A stretch of DNA of 64,000 nt, from positions 160,001-224,000 of the forward strand of contig JAZJZK010000008.1 of assembly GCA_040389905.1 (NCBI GenBank), given 5' to 3'. Each line of letters starts with the position of its first letter. Position 1 is the first letter of the stretch. This document shows positions 19,633-28,237 of this stretch, one piece after another. The DNA comes from Gemmatimonadota bacterium. GTDB lineage: Bacteria > Gemmatimonadota > Gemmatimonadetes > Gemmatimonadales > Gemmatimonadaceae. A model generated the notes under the pieces. The model had not been told where the DNA came from and made no database searches. It was given only the letters and a program-made list of their open reading frames with translations. A program made the position numbers and the translations under genes.

Positions 19633-19760
19633 ACCGTGGAGGTCGCAGAGGTCAGCGCGGAGTGGCAACCATCAACGCGCTGGTCCGCAGAGGCGCGCGG
19701 AGGACTGCGGAACAGCAACAACAATGAACCACAAAGGACACAGAGAAACACGGAGGACCA
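19633..19760 (+). repeat. Tandem half-arms of family C (9-nt periodic ACCRCAGAG-type) repeats
   Basis: ACTGCGGAACAGCAACAACAATGAACCACAAAGGACACAGAGAAACACGGAGGACC closely matches the reverse complement of 45467-45521. Confidence 0.8.
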
Positions 19761-19854
19761 CGTCAGCCGTGGATTTGCCCGAACGCCGTACAAAATTTCC
19801 GGCTGGCGCAACTATCACAGCCATAACGAGTTGACGCTATCCTAGCCAGTTCCG

Positions 19855-19871
19855 TGTAACGCCGTTGTAAC
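19855..19871 (+). promoter_or_regulatory. TGTAAC direct repeat with 11-bp period (OmpR/SARP-type box)
   Basis: TGTAAC-GCCGT-TGTAAC about 120 nt upstream of the TBDR ATG. Confidence 0.5.
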
Positions 19872-19988
19872 TCCCCGGGAGCGCAGGCGACACAGAATCC
19901 ATCCGGTTCGGCAGGTTGCGCGGCTTTTCGTGACGCGCGTCGTCAACCACCGGTTTCGGTTGTTCCCGTCCTCGTGGAGATTCCCAAC

Positions 19989-22538
19989 ATGCACAACCCC
20001 TCGCGTTCCAGCGCCGGCGCGCGCTCCTTGCGCCGGCTCGGCGTTCTTGCGGCGCTGCTCGCGTCTGCAATCGGCACCGCCCCATCCATGCTATCGGCCC
20101 AAGGCAGCACCGGGACCATTTCCGGCGTCGTGACCGATGCCGGCCGAGCGGCCGTGGCGGGAGCACAGGTCACGCTCGTCGGCACGCGCATCGGCGCTGT
20201 TTCCGGGCTCGATGGCCGCTATCGCATTGCAGCGGTACCGGCGGGCACATACGAACTGCGCGCGCAGCGGATCGGCCAGCAGCCGCATTCGACGCCAAAT
20301 GTGGTCGTCCGCGCCGGCCAGGAGACGAGCCAGGATATCACGCTGAGCGCGGCGCCGACATCGTTGAGCGCCGTCGTGGTCTCCGCGTCGCGACGCGTCG
20401 AGAAGGTGACGGATGCTCCTGCAACGATTACGAGCATCGCGACGGAGCAAATCGACAACACCGTCGGCAACAGCATCGCGAGCGCCATGAAAGAGGTGAA
20501 GGGCCTCGACTTCATCCAGGTCGGAATGACGGCCGTCGCGATGAATGCGCGCGGGTTCAACTCCTCGTTCAACAGCCGAATGCTGTTCGTCGAGGATGGA
20601 CGCATCTCGGTGATTCCCGAAAGCGGCCTCCCCACCGGTTCCTTCTCGCCGATCTCGAAGGTCGATCTCGCGGGTATCGAGATGCTCGTTGGACCAGGGT
20701 CAGCGCTCTACGGTCCGGATGCCGCAAATGGTGTGATCTCGACGAGAACGAAAGACCCGCGCCAGTATCAAGGACTCACGCTCGAAGTGGCGGGGGGCAA
20801 TCGCGGCTACAAGGACGTGCAGGGCCGCTACGCCGGCGTCAACGGCAATCTCGGCTACAAGGTGACCGGCGAGTATCAAGGTGCAAATGACTGGGACAAC
20901 AATCTCTCGTACAACTCCGGCGGAACGATCGTCGCCGCGGGGACGGCTGGCTCGGTGAAGGAATCGGATCTCAAGATCCCGGTCAACTTCAATGCAAAGA
21001 CCGTACGTGCCACGGGTGGCCTCGTCCACTATTCTGGCGACAACCGCGCCTCCTTCGACGTCGGCATGAGCAAGTCGGACGGGGTTGGCCAGACGAGCGT
21101 CGGCCGCAATCAGCTCACGGGGTGGGGCTACAACTTCGTCCAGGGCCGGTATACGACGCCGCATTGGTATTTCAACGCGTATCGCGAGCAGTCGACGTCG
21201 GGCAAGTCGTTCGCCCTGAACCGCTACGCCGGCCAGCAACTCACGAACACGACGCTGAGCGCGGACTCGTTGCGGCTCCTTGCGGACTGGCCGAGCGACG
21301 GCCGGTTGTACGCGGCGGAAGGGCAGGGGAACTACCTCATCTCCGAACTGTCGAACACCGCCGTGGTCTTCGGCGGCCAGTACCGCGACGACGTCGTGAG
21401 CAGCGACCGCCAGTGGCTCACCGACCGGATCAAGAAGAGCGACATCAGCAACGCCCAGAAGGGCATCTACGCACAGACGACGACGCCCGTCTCACAGTAC
21501 GTCGATGTCATCCTCGCAGGGCGGATGGATTATCCGACGACGTACCAGAAACAGTTCAGCCCCAAGGCCGGCGTCGTGATCAAGCCGATGACGGACCAGG
21601 CATTCCGCGTCACGTACAACCAGGCCTACAAGTCGCCGACGATTCTCCAGACCAATTTCTTCATCCCGGACTGGACGTCGATCATATCGATCTACGGCAA
21701 TACCGACGGCTTCGTGATCAAGAACGCAGCAGGCACCACGACCGCGACGTACAGCCCGCTCGTTCCGGAGACGAACAAGACCTGGGAGCTCGGCTACAAG
21801 GGTGTGTTGGCGGGCCGCGTGTACCTCGATGGCACGTACTATCACTCGAACTACGAGAACTTCATGAGCCCGTTGGCGGTCATCGCCAACCCGTTCGCCG
21901 GGGCAACCGCGACGTACGCGTACCCGCTCGCGAATCCGAACGGCATTCCGGTCGATGCCACGGGACGGATCGTGAACGCCGCGAATGTCGCGCCGATCAT
22001 GCTGACGTACTACAACACGGGTAAGGCGACGGTCTCGGGCGTCGACATTGGCGCCAACGTGTACGCGACGGACCAACTCGAGCTGCGCGGCACGCTGTCC
22101 ACCGTGAAGCTCTCCAACCTGGACGTCCCCGCCGCGCTGGCAGAGGCGACGACGCTCAACACACCGGGCACGAAGTGGACGCTCGGTGCAACGATGCGCG
22201 ACATCGGACCAGCGACCGCCGGTCTCACCTTCCGCAACGTCAACGCGTACTACTTCCGCTCCGGTTCCAACACCGGTGTCATCCCGACCTTCGGCACGCT
22301 CGACGCCAGCGTGAACGTCAAGCTCCCTGAAATGCAGAACACGCTGATCAGCCTCGGCGTGAGCAACCTGTTCTCGTGCACTGCGGCGAGTGTCTCGTAC
22401 GTCGCGGCAACGGTGCCCGCAAATTCGCAGATCGCCACCGAGGATCGTGGCTGCGGATTCAACCGCAAGCACATCGAGATGATCAACATGCCGCAGATGG
22501 GAACGATGGTGTTTCTCGGCATGCGCATCGTCCGGTAA
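19989..22538 (+). CDS. TonB-dependent receptor with N-terminal carboxypeptidase-regulatory-like domain
   Basis: Signal peptide; GTISGVVTD; VVVSASRRVEKVTDAP TonB box/plug; IEMLVGPGSALYG; FSPKAG; PET..TWELGYK; SD GGAG. Confidence 0.92.
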   Translation: MHNPSRSSAGARSLRRLGVLAALLASAIGTAPSMLSAQGSTGTISGVVTDAGRAAVAGAQVTLVGTRIGAVSGLDGRYRIAAVPAGTYELRAQRIGQQPHSTPNVVVRAGQETSQDITLSAAPTSLSAVVVSASRRVEKVTDAPATITSIATEQIDNTVGNSIASAMKEVKGLDFIQVGMTAVAMNARGFNSSFNSRMLFVEDGRISVIPESGLPTGSFSPISKVDLAGIEMLVGPGSALYGPDAANGVISTRTKDPRQYQGLTLEVAGGNRGYKDVQGRYAGVNGNLGYKVTGEYQGANDWDNNLSYNSGGTIVAAGTAGSVKESDLKIPVNFNAKTVRATGGLVHYSGDNRASFDVGMSKSDGVGQTSVGRNQLTGWGYNFVQGRYTTPHWYFNAYREQSTSGKSFALNRYAGQQLTNTTLSADSLRLLADWPSDGRLYAAEGQGNYLISELSNTAVVFGGQYRDDVVSSDRQWLTDRIKKSDISNAQKGIYAQTTTPVSQYVDVILAGRMDYPTTYQKQFSPKAGVVIKPMTDQAFRVTYNQAYKSPTILQTNFFIPDWTSIISIYGNTDGFVIKNAAGTTTATYSPLVPETNKTWELGYKGVLAGRVYLDGTYYHSNYENFMSPLAVIANPFAGATATYAYPLANPNGIPVDATGRIVNAANVAPIMLTYYNTGKATVSGVDIGANVYATDQLELRGTLSTVKLSNLDVPAALAEATTLNTPGTKWTLGATMRDIGPATAGLTFRNVNAYYFRSGSNTGVIPTFGTLDASVNVKLPEMQNTLISLGVSNLFSCTAASVSYVAATVPANSQIATEDRGCGFNRKHIEMINMPQMGTMVFLGMRIVR

Positions 22539-23428
22539 TGACGAGCTCCGTCATCGGTGCCGCCGGCGCCACGTCGCACATGCGGGACGTGGGAGGGTTC
22601 GAGCTGTTCTACCTCGATGCACCAGGCGCGAGTGACGCGACGCCGATCGTCCTGCTCCACGGACTATCGGCGAACGCCAACTCGTTCGCGGGCGTCATTT
22701 CCGCAGGCCTGGCGCCTGCGCATCGAGTGATCGCTCCCGACCTGCGCGGGCGCGCGCGCAGCGGCAAACCGGAAGCCGGGTATGAGATGGCCGATCATGC
22801 CCGTGACATTGTCGCCCTGCTCGATGCGCTCGGTCTCGAGCGTGTCGTGCTGGCGGGCCATTCGTTCGGCGGGTACCTCGGGATCTTCATCGCCGCAACC
22901 TATCCAGCGCGCGTGGAACGGCTCGTCGTGATCGACGCCGCAATTTCGTCGCACCCGCGCATTCCTGTGTTGCTCAAGCCATCGCTCGACCGACTTGGCC
23001 GCACGTCTCCCTCCGCCGAGGCGTACCTTGCCGAGGTGCGAAGTGCACCGTACATGCAGGGCATCTGGGACGAGAACGCCGAGTCGTACTTTCGGGCCGA
23101 ACTCACGGAGCATGCCGACGGGACGGTCGGGTCGGCGACGAGCAGCGCGGCCATCGGTCAGGCAGCGATGGGCGTCGGCATGGAGCCGTGGCTGCACCAT
23201 GTCCAGCAGGTCGTGGCACCCACGCTCGTGCTCAATGCCCTCGAGTCATTCGGCCCGCCGGGTGCTCCGCCGTTGTTCGATGAGATCGTGACGCGGGCGA
23301 CGGCGCGTGCGTTCGCCGACGCGCGGTATGTTGTCGTCCCCGGCAACCACATTACGCTGCTGTTCACTGAGGGAGCGGCGGCCGTCGGCCGCGAGATTCT
23401 CGAGTTTGCCGGAGAGGGCTTGGCGTGA
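22538..23428 (+). CDS. Alpha/beta-fold hydrolase (cytoplasmic esterase)
   Basis: LLHGL, APDLRGR, nucleophile GHSFG, PGNH catalytic His; TAATG overlap with the TBDR stop. Confidence 0.9.
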   Translation: MTSSVIGAAGATSHMRDVGGFELFYLDAPGASDATPIVLLHGLSANANSFAGVISAGLAPAHRVIAPDLRGRARSGKPEAGYEMADHARDIVALLDALGLERVVLAGHSFGGYLGIFIAATYPARVERLVVIDAAISSHPRIPVLLKPSLDRLGRTSPSAEAYLAEVRSAPYMQGIWDENAESYFRAELTEHADGTVGSATSSAAIGQAAMGVGMEPWLHHVQQVVAPTLVLNALESFGPPGAPPLFDEIVTRATARAFADARYVVVPGNHITLLFTEGAAAVGREILEFAGEGLA

Positions 23429-24717
23429 GTGACATCGAGCGGGCGACCATGAAGCGAGTGGGTGCGCGGATTCTTCCATTCGCCTTCGTCCTCTACATCT
23501 TCAATTTTCTCGACCGCTCGAATGTCGGCGTCGCCGCGTTACAGATGAACAAGGATCTCGGCCTCAGCTCGGGAGCGTTCGGGCTCGGGGCAGGGATCTT
23601 TTTCATCGGCTACTCGCTGTTCGAGGTACCAAGCAACCTGCTCCTCGTGCGCGTCGGGGCGCGGCGATGGATTGCGCGGATCATGATCTCATGGGGCATT
23701 CTCGCGACGGCGATGATGCTCGTGCGCACGCCGATGCAGTTCTACGCCGTGCGCTTTCTCCTCGGCGTGGCGGAAGCGGGATTCTTTCCGGCCATCATCT
23801 ACTATCTGAGTGTGTGGTTTCCCGCGTCGATGCGTGCACGCTCGAGTGCGAAGTTCATGATTGCGATACCGCTGTCGGGTCTCATTGGCGGTCCGCTCGG
23901 CGGATGGCTCCTTGGTTTCGACGGACGGTTCGGACTCAAGGGATGGCAGTGGTTGTTTCTCGTCGAAGGGATTCCGTCCGTTCTGCTGGGGTTGGTCGTC
24001 CTTCGGCATCTGTCCGACACACCGGCCGACGCGCGGTGGCTCACGCAAGAGCAGCGTGACTGGCTCACGACGAGGTTGGCAACGGATCGGGAGACCTCGC
24101 CAGCGAATCACGGACTACCGCCGCTCAGGGCACTCGCGTTCCCGTTGGTGTGGCTCGCTGGGATGATCCAGCTGCTCCTCACCACGGCAAGTTATGGATA
24201 TCTCTTCTGGGGCCCACTGCTCATTCGCGAGACGCTGCACATCAGCAACCTGGCGACGGGTCTGCTCACAGGCGCAATCGCCGTGATCTCCGCCGTGGGT
24301 CTCATCCTCGTGGGTGCAAGTTCAGATCGCTCGGGTGAGCGGCCAGGCCACGCCGCCGCGTGCGCTGGCATCGCCACGCTCGGTTGCCTCGGTGCCGCCC
24401 TTGCGACGGATCCTGTGTGGCGCTTCGCGAGTCTCGCGCTCATGCAGATCGCCGTCGTGTCGTTTCTCGCGCCATTCGTTGCCATCCCGACCATTCTCCT
24501 GAGTGGCGGGTCGGCCGCAGTGGGCATCGCGCTCGTCAATGCGATTGGAAATGTCGGCGGCTTCATTGGGCCATATCTCATTGGATTCCTGCGCACGCGG
24601 ACTGGTGGAGACACAAGCGCGTTTGTGGTGCTGGCGGTCATGGCGGCCACTGCGACGGGGATTCTTCTGTACCTCAAGCGGAGCCCACTCCTCGCGAGAC
24701 GGGTCGCGGCCACGTGA
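23425..24717 (+). CDS. MFS organic-acid transporter (ACS/TtuB-like)
   Basis: FLDRSNV, GIFFIGYSLFEVPSN, RFLLGVAEAGFFP and GWQWLFLVEGIP motifs; GTGA overlap. Confidence 0.92.
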   Translation: MSDIERATMKRVGARILPFAFVLYIFNFLDRSNVGVAALQMNKDLGLSSGAFGLGAGIFFIGYSLFEVPSNLLLVRVGARRWIARIMISWGILATAMMLVRTPMQFYAVRFLLGVAEAGFFPAIIYYLSVWFPASMRARSSAKFMIAIPLSGLIGGPLGGWLLGFDGRFGLKGWQWLFLVEGIPSVLLGLVVLRHLSDTPADARWLTQEQRDWLTTRLATDRETSPANHGLPPLRALAFPLVWLAGMIQLLLTTASYGYLFWGPLLIRETLHISNLATGLLTGAIAVISAVGLILVGASSDRSGERPGHAAACAGIATLGCLGAALATDPVWRFASLALMQIAVVSFLAPFVAIPTILLSGGSAAVGIALVNAIGNVGGFIGPYLIGFLRTRTGGDTSAFVVLAVMAATATGILLYLKRSPLLARRVAAT

Positions 24718-26252
24718 ACGTCGGTTCGCTCCTCGCGCGCCATGCGCGATACCGAAGTGATCATCTTGCGCTCGTCTGCGACGGCGAGCGCTTGGCGTAT
24801 GCGGAGTTGGGCGCGAGGGTGAACCGGCTCGCGAATGCGTTGCACGCACTCGGGCTGGAGAGGGGCGACAAGCTTGCGGTCGTCCTTCCCAACTGTATCG
24901 AGGTACTCGAGACATACTGGGCAGCGATCCAACTCGGCGTGGTGCTCGTTCCGCTCAGTCCATTGTTGCGCGGTGCCGCGCTGGCGGCGCTGCTTCGCGA
25001 CTCGGATTCCGTCGCCGTCATCGTTGGCTACGGCATGGCCGACGAACTCGATGGCGTGCGCTCTGAGCTCGATGGTATTCCCGCAGAACGCTATGTGAAA
25101 GTTGGCGGCGACGCGCGCGAGGGTTACACCGACTATCGCGATCTGGTCACTCGATCCAGCGAGACGGCGCCGCCCCCTGTGGATCTCCTGGACGACGACG
25201 TCTTCAACATCGTCTACAGCAGTGGAACCACCGGTACGCCGAAAGGCATCATCCACACACACTACATCCGCGCGAATTATTGCACGCACTTCGCGTCGAC
25301 CTGGCGCATGACCCCGGAAAGCGTGGTGATGCACGCTGGGTCACTCGTGTTCAACGGCGCATTCGTGACCTTGATGCCGGCGTTGTTTCTCGGCACGACC
25401 TACGTGTTGCAGACGCGATTCGACGCTGCGGAATTCATCGAGACGGTGGCGCGCGAGCGGGTGACGCACGTCATGATGGTCCCGTCGCAGATTCTCGCCG
25501 TGATGAACGCGCCGAATTTCAGCGCCGAAAAGCTCGCGTCGCTGGAGATGCTCGGTTCCGTTGGCGCGCCGTTGCATCGCGAGCACAAGGATCGGCTGAC
25601 GACGGCACTTCCGGGCATTTTCTACGAACTCTACGGATTGACCGAAGGCGTCATTACGATCCTCGACAAGACGGATGTTGGGAAGAAACCTGGGTCGGTC
25701 GGCGGCGTGCAGCCGTTCTTCGAAATGCGCGTGGTTGGCGAAGATGGTGTCGATCTTCCCGCGGGCGCGGTCGGTGAGATCGTCGGACGGAGTCCGTTGC
25801 TCATGCCAGGCTACTACAAGCGTCCGGATCTCACCGAGGCGGCCATCCGAAACGGGTGGATGTTCACGGGCGACATGGGCTATCTGGACGAGGATGGCTT
25901 TCTCTATCTCGTGGATCGGAAGAAGGACCTGATCATCTCGGGTGGGGTCAACGTGTATCCCAAGGACATCGAGGAGGTGGTGGTCACGCATCCCGACGTG
26001 CTCGAGGCGGCCGTGTTCGGGGTTCCGCACGAGAAGTGGGGGGAGGCGCCGCTCGGGGCGGTGGTGCTTCGGGAGGGAGCGGTGTGCGATCCAGATACCT
26101 TGAAGGCGTGGGTGAACGCTCGTGTTGGGGCTCGCTACCAGCAGTTGTGTGCGGTGGTTGTGATGCATGAATTCCCGCGCAACGCAGCGGGAAAGACACT
26201 CAAGCGAGTGATGCGGGACCAATACTGGCAGGACAAGGCAGTAAAGATTTGA
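24714..26252 (+). CDS. AMP-dependent acyl-CoA synthetase
   Basis: YSSGTTGTPKG, YGLTE, TGDMG, DRKKDLIISGG and PRNAAGK motifs; GTGA overlap. Confidence 0.93.
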   Translation: MNVGSLLARHARYRSDHLALVCDGERLAYAELGARVNRLANALHALGLERGDKLAVVLPNCIEVLETYWAAIQLGVVLVPLSPLLRGAALAALLRDSDSVAVIVGYGMADELDGVRSELDGIPAERYVKVGGDAREGYTDYRDLVTRSSETAPPPVDLLDDDVFNIVYSSGTTGTPKGIIHTHYIRANYCTHFASTWRMTPESVVMHAGSLVFNGAFVTLMPALFLGTTYVLQTRFDAAEFIETVARERVTHVMMVPSQILAVMNAPNFSAEKLASLEMLGSVGAPLHREHKDRLTTALPGIFYELYGLTEGVITILDKTDVGKKPGSVGGVQPFFEMRVVGEDGVDLPAGAVGEIVGRSPLLMPGYYKRPDLTEAAIRNGWMFTGDMGYLDEDGFLYLVDRKKDLIISGGVNVYPKDIEEVVVTHPDVLEAAVFGVPHEKWGEAPLGAVVLREGAVCDPDTLKAWVNARVGARYQQLCAVVVMHEFPRNAAGKTLKRVMRDQYWQDKAVKI

Positions 26253-26261
26253 GTCTCTTGA

Positions 26262-26393
26262 ACCGCAGAGGGCGCAGGGGAGCAGAGGTACGCCGAGGAA
26301 CTGCGGGAGGTGCAGGCCCTTCGCTGCGCTCATGGCGACAAAACAAGCGGAAGCTCGTTGCTTTTCCTCTGCTCCTCTCAAGCCCTCTGCGGT
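26262..26393. repeat. Family C inverted-repeat element with a family A REP (26307-26351) nested in its loop
   Basis: Left arm ACCGCAGAGGGCGCAGGGGAGCAGAGG, right arm CCTCTGCTCCTCTCAAGCCCTCTGCGGT. Confidence 0.85.
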
Positions 26394-26440
26394 AACGCGC
26401 TAGCGCCGAATAGCGTATCAACACCAATGATGATTATTCG

Positions 26441-27262
26441 ATGTCCAAACTAGAAGGAAGAGTCGCTATCGTATCCGGCTCCGGCCGAGGAATCGGCAGG
26501 GCGGTCGCCTTGAAGCTTGCCGCCGAGGGGGCGCGCGTCGTGGTCAACGACCTTGATGCGGCAACCGCGCAGGAAACCGCCGACGCCATCAGCGCCGCTG
26601 GCGGCAACGCCACCGTCTGCGCGGGAAGCGTGACGGAACTCGACTTCGGTGACCGATTCGTCGCTGCGGCGCTCGATCACTTCGGCGGGCTGGACATCAT
26701 CGTCAACAACGCCGGATACACGTGGGACAGTGTCATTCAAAAGATGACCGACGAACAATTTCAGGCGATCATGGATGTCCACGTGACCGCTCCATTTCGG
26801 ATCCTTCGCGCCGCGGCCGAGCCGATTCGAAAGTTCAGCAAGGCCGAGGCGGCCGAGGGGCGCGAAGTGTTTCGGAAGGTCGTGAACATTTCGTCTGTCT
26901 CGGGCCTCGGCGGAAACGCCGGGCAGGTGAACTATGCCGCAGCGAAAGCCGCCGTTGTCGGCATGACGAAGACGCTTGCCAAGGAGTGGGGTCGCTACAA
27001 GGTGAATGTGAATTGCGTCGCGTTCGGCTTCATCAAGACGCGCATGACGCAACCAATCGTCACGGAAGTGGATGCGACTGGTGAGTCGCGAAAGGTTGGA
27101 GTCCAGCCCGCGCTCATCGAGCATCTCGAGCAAAATGCCATTCCACTCGGCAGACTCGGCACGCCGGAGGAGGCAGCGGACGGCGTGTACCTCTTTTGCT
27201 CGCCCGAGTCCAACTACATCTCCGGCCAGGTCGTGACGGTCGGTGGCGGCATCACCTTCTGA
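26441..27262 (+). CDS. SDR oxidoreductase (FabG-like 3-oxoacyl-thioester reductase)
   Basis: SGSGRGIG, NNAG, NISS and YAAAK motifs. Confidence 0.93.
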   Translation: MSKLEGRVAIVSGSGRGIGRAVALKLAAEGARVVVNDLDAATAQETADAISAAGGNATVCAGSVTELDFGDRFVAAALDHFGGLDIIVNNAGYTWDSVIQKMTDEQFQAIMDVHVTAPFRILRAAAEPIRKFSKAEAAEGREVFRKVVNISSVSGLGGNAGQVNYAAAKAAVVGMTKTLAKEWGRYKVNVNCVAFGFIKTRMTQPIVTEVDATGESRKVGVQPALIEHLEQNAIPLGRLGTPEEAADGVYLFCSPESNYISGQVVTVGGGITF

Positions 27263-28161
27263 TGCGCGCGTTGTTCCGCGTTGCGCTGATGCCGTGGGCC
27301 GTCATTTCAGGGGCGTGCGCATCCGCGCCTCCAATCTTCTCCGCGGCGCCAGCCACGATGCGGGGGACGTTCGGTAGCGCGCCGGTGATGCGGGGTTACG
27401 TCGCGTACCGGCCGGCGGCACTTGCCGCGCCTCAGTCACGAGCGATGGTCGTCATGCTTCACGGCTGCGGACAGAACGCGGATGACTTCGCGCGCGGAAC
27501 GCGGATGAATCAGGCGGCCGATGCGCACGGTTTTGTCGTGCTGTATCCGGAGCAGCCCGCCGTGGCGAATCCACAGAAATGCTGGAACTGGTTCCTGTCA
27601 GAACAGGCGTCGCGCGACCGTGGCGAGGCCGCGCAACTTGCGTCGCTGATCGATTCCGTCGCGCGTGCGGAAGCTGTCGATCCGCAACGCATCGCGTTGG
27701 TGGGGATGTCGGCCGGCGCCGCGATGGCAGCGAATCTCGCGGTGGCGTATCCAGAACGGACGGCCGCCCTCGCGATGCACTCAGGGATCGCCGCGCTTGG
27801 CGCCGTTGACGTTGCCGGCGCGATGCGGGCCATGAGCAAAGGTGATGGTGACGGTGACGCACTCGGGGCCATGGCACTCGCGGCGATGGGCGCGCGTGCT
27901 CGTGCGATCCCGGTGCTCGTGATGCATGGCGCAGATGATCAGGTGGTGTCGAGGAACAACGTGAGGGTGGTGGTGCGGCAATGGACGGTGGTGAACGCCC
28001 GCTTTGGCGGTATCGCACCCGTCGAGGAGCGCATCTTCCCGGGTGTGGGTCACGCGTGGAGTGGCGGATCACCGAACGGGTCCTTCACCGCACCGATCGC
28101 GCCGGACGCGACACAACTGATCATCAGCTTCCTTCAGCGCACGCGCGTCTTGTCGCCCTAA
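27262..28161 (+). CDS. PHB-depolymerase-family esterase (LpqC-like), probable lipoprotein
   Basis: LHGCGQ oxyanion motif, YPEQ..N..CWNWF, lipase box GMSAG, HGADD, GHAWSGG; lipobox-like ISGAC; TGATG overlap. Confidence 0.9.
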   Translation: MRALFRVALMPWAVISGACASAPPIFSAAPATMRGTFGSAPVMRGYVAYRPAALAAPQSRAMVVMLHGCGQNADDFARGTRMNQAADAHGFVVLYPEQPAVANPQKCWNWFLSEQASRDRGEAAQLASLIDSVARAEAVDPQRIALVGMSAGAAMAANLAVAYPERTAALAMHSGIAALGAVDVAGAMRAMSKGDGDGDALGAMALAAMGARARAIPVLVMHGADDQVVSRNNVRVVVRQWTVVNARFGGIAPVEERIFPGVGHAWSGGSPNGSFTAPIAPDATQLIISFLQRTRVLSP

Positions 28162-28237
28162 GCGCAGGAGCGACGTCGTAAGAACAGGTGCAGACCTCGA
28201 CTCGCGAAGTTTACCCCGCGCGCGGTATGCGGAGTGA

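Noticed and set aside
18972..19845. Small ORFs sharing the peptide LCVLCGSLLLLFRS (also at 45435-45851)
   Set aside because: The similarity is just translation of the family C DNA repeat, not a protein family
19989..22538. SusC/SusD polysaccharide utilisation locus
   Set aside because: No SusD partner or glycoside hydrolases adjacent; the neighbours are esterases and acyl-CoA enzymes
28185..28205. CAGGTGCAGACCTCGACTCGC as a full REP
   Set aside because: Only a short remnant of a family B arm with no partner arm
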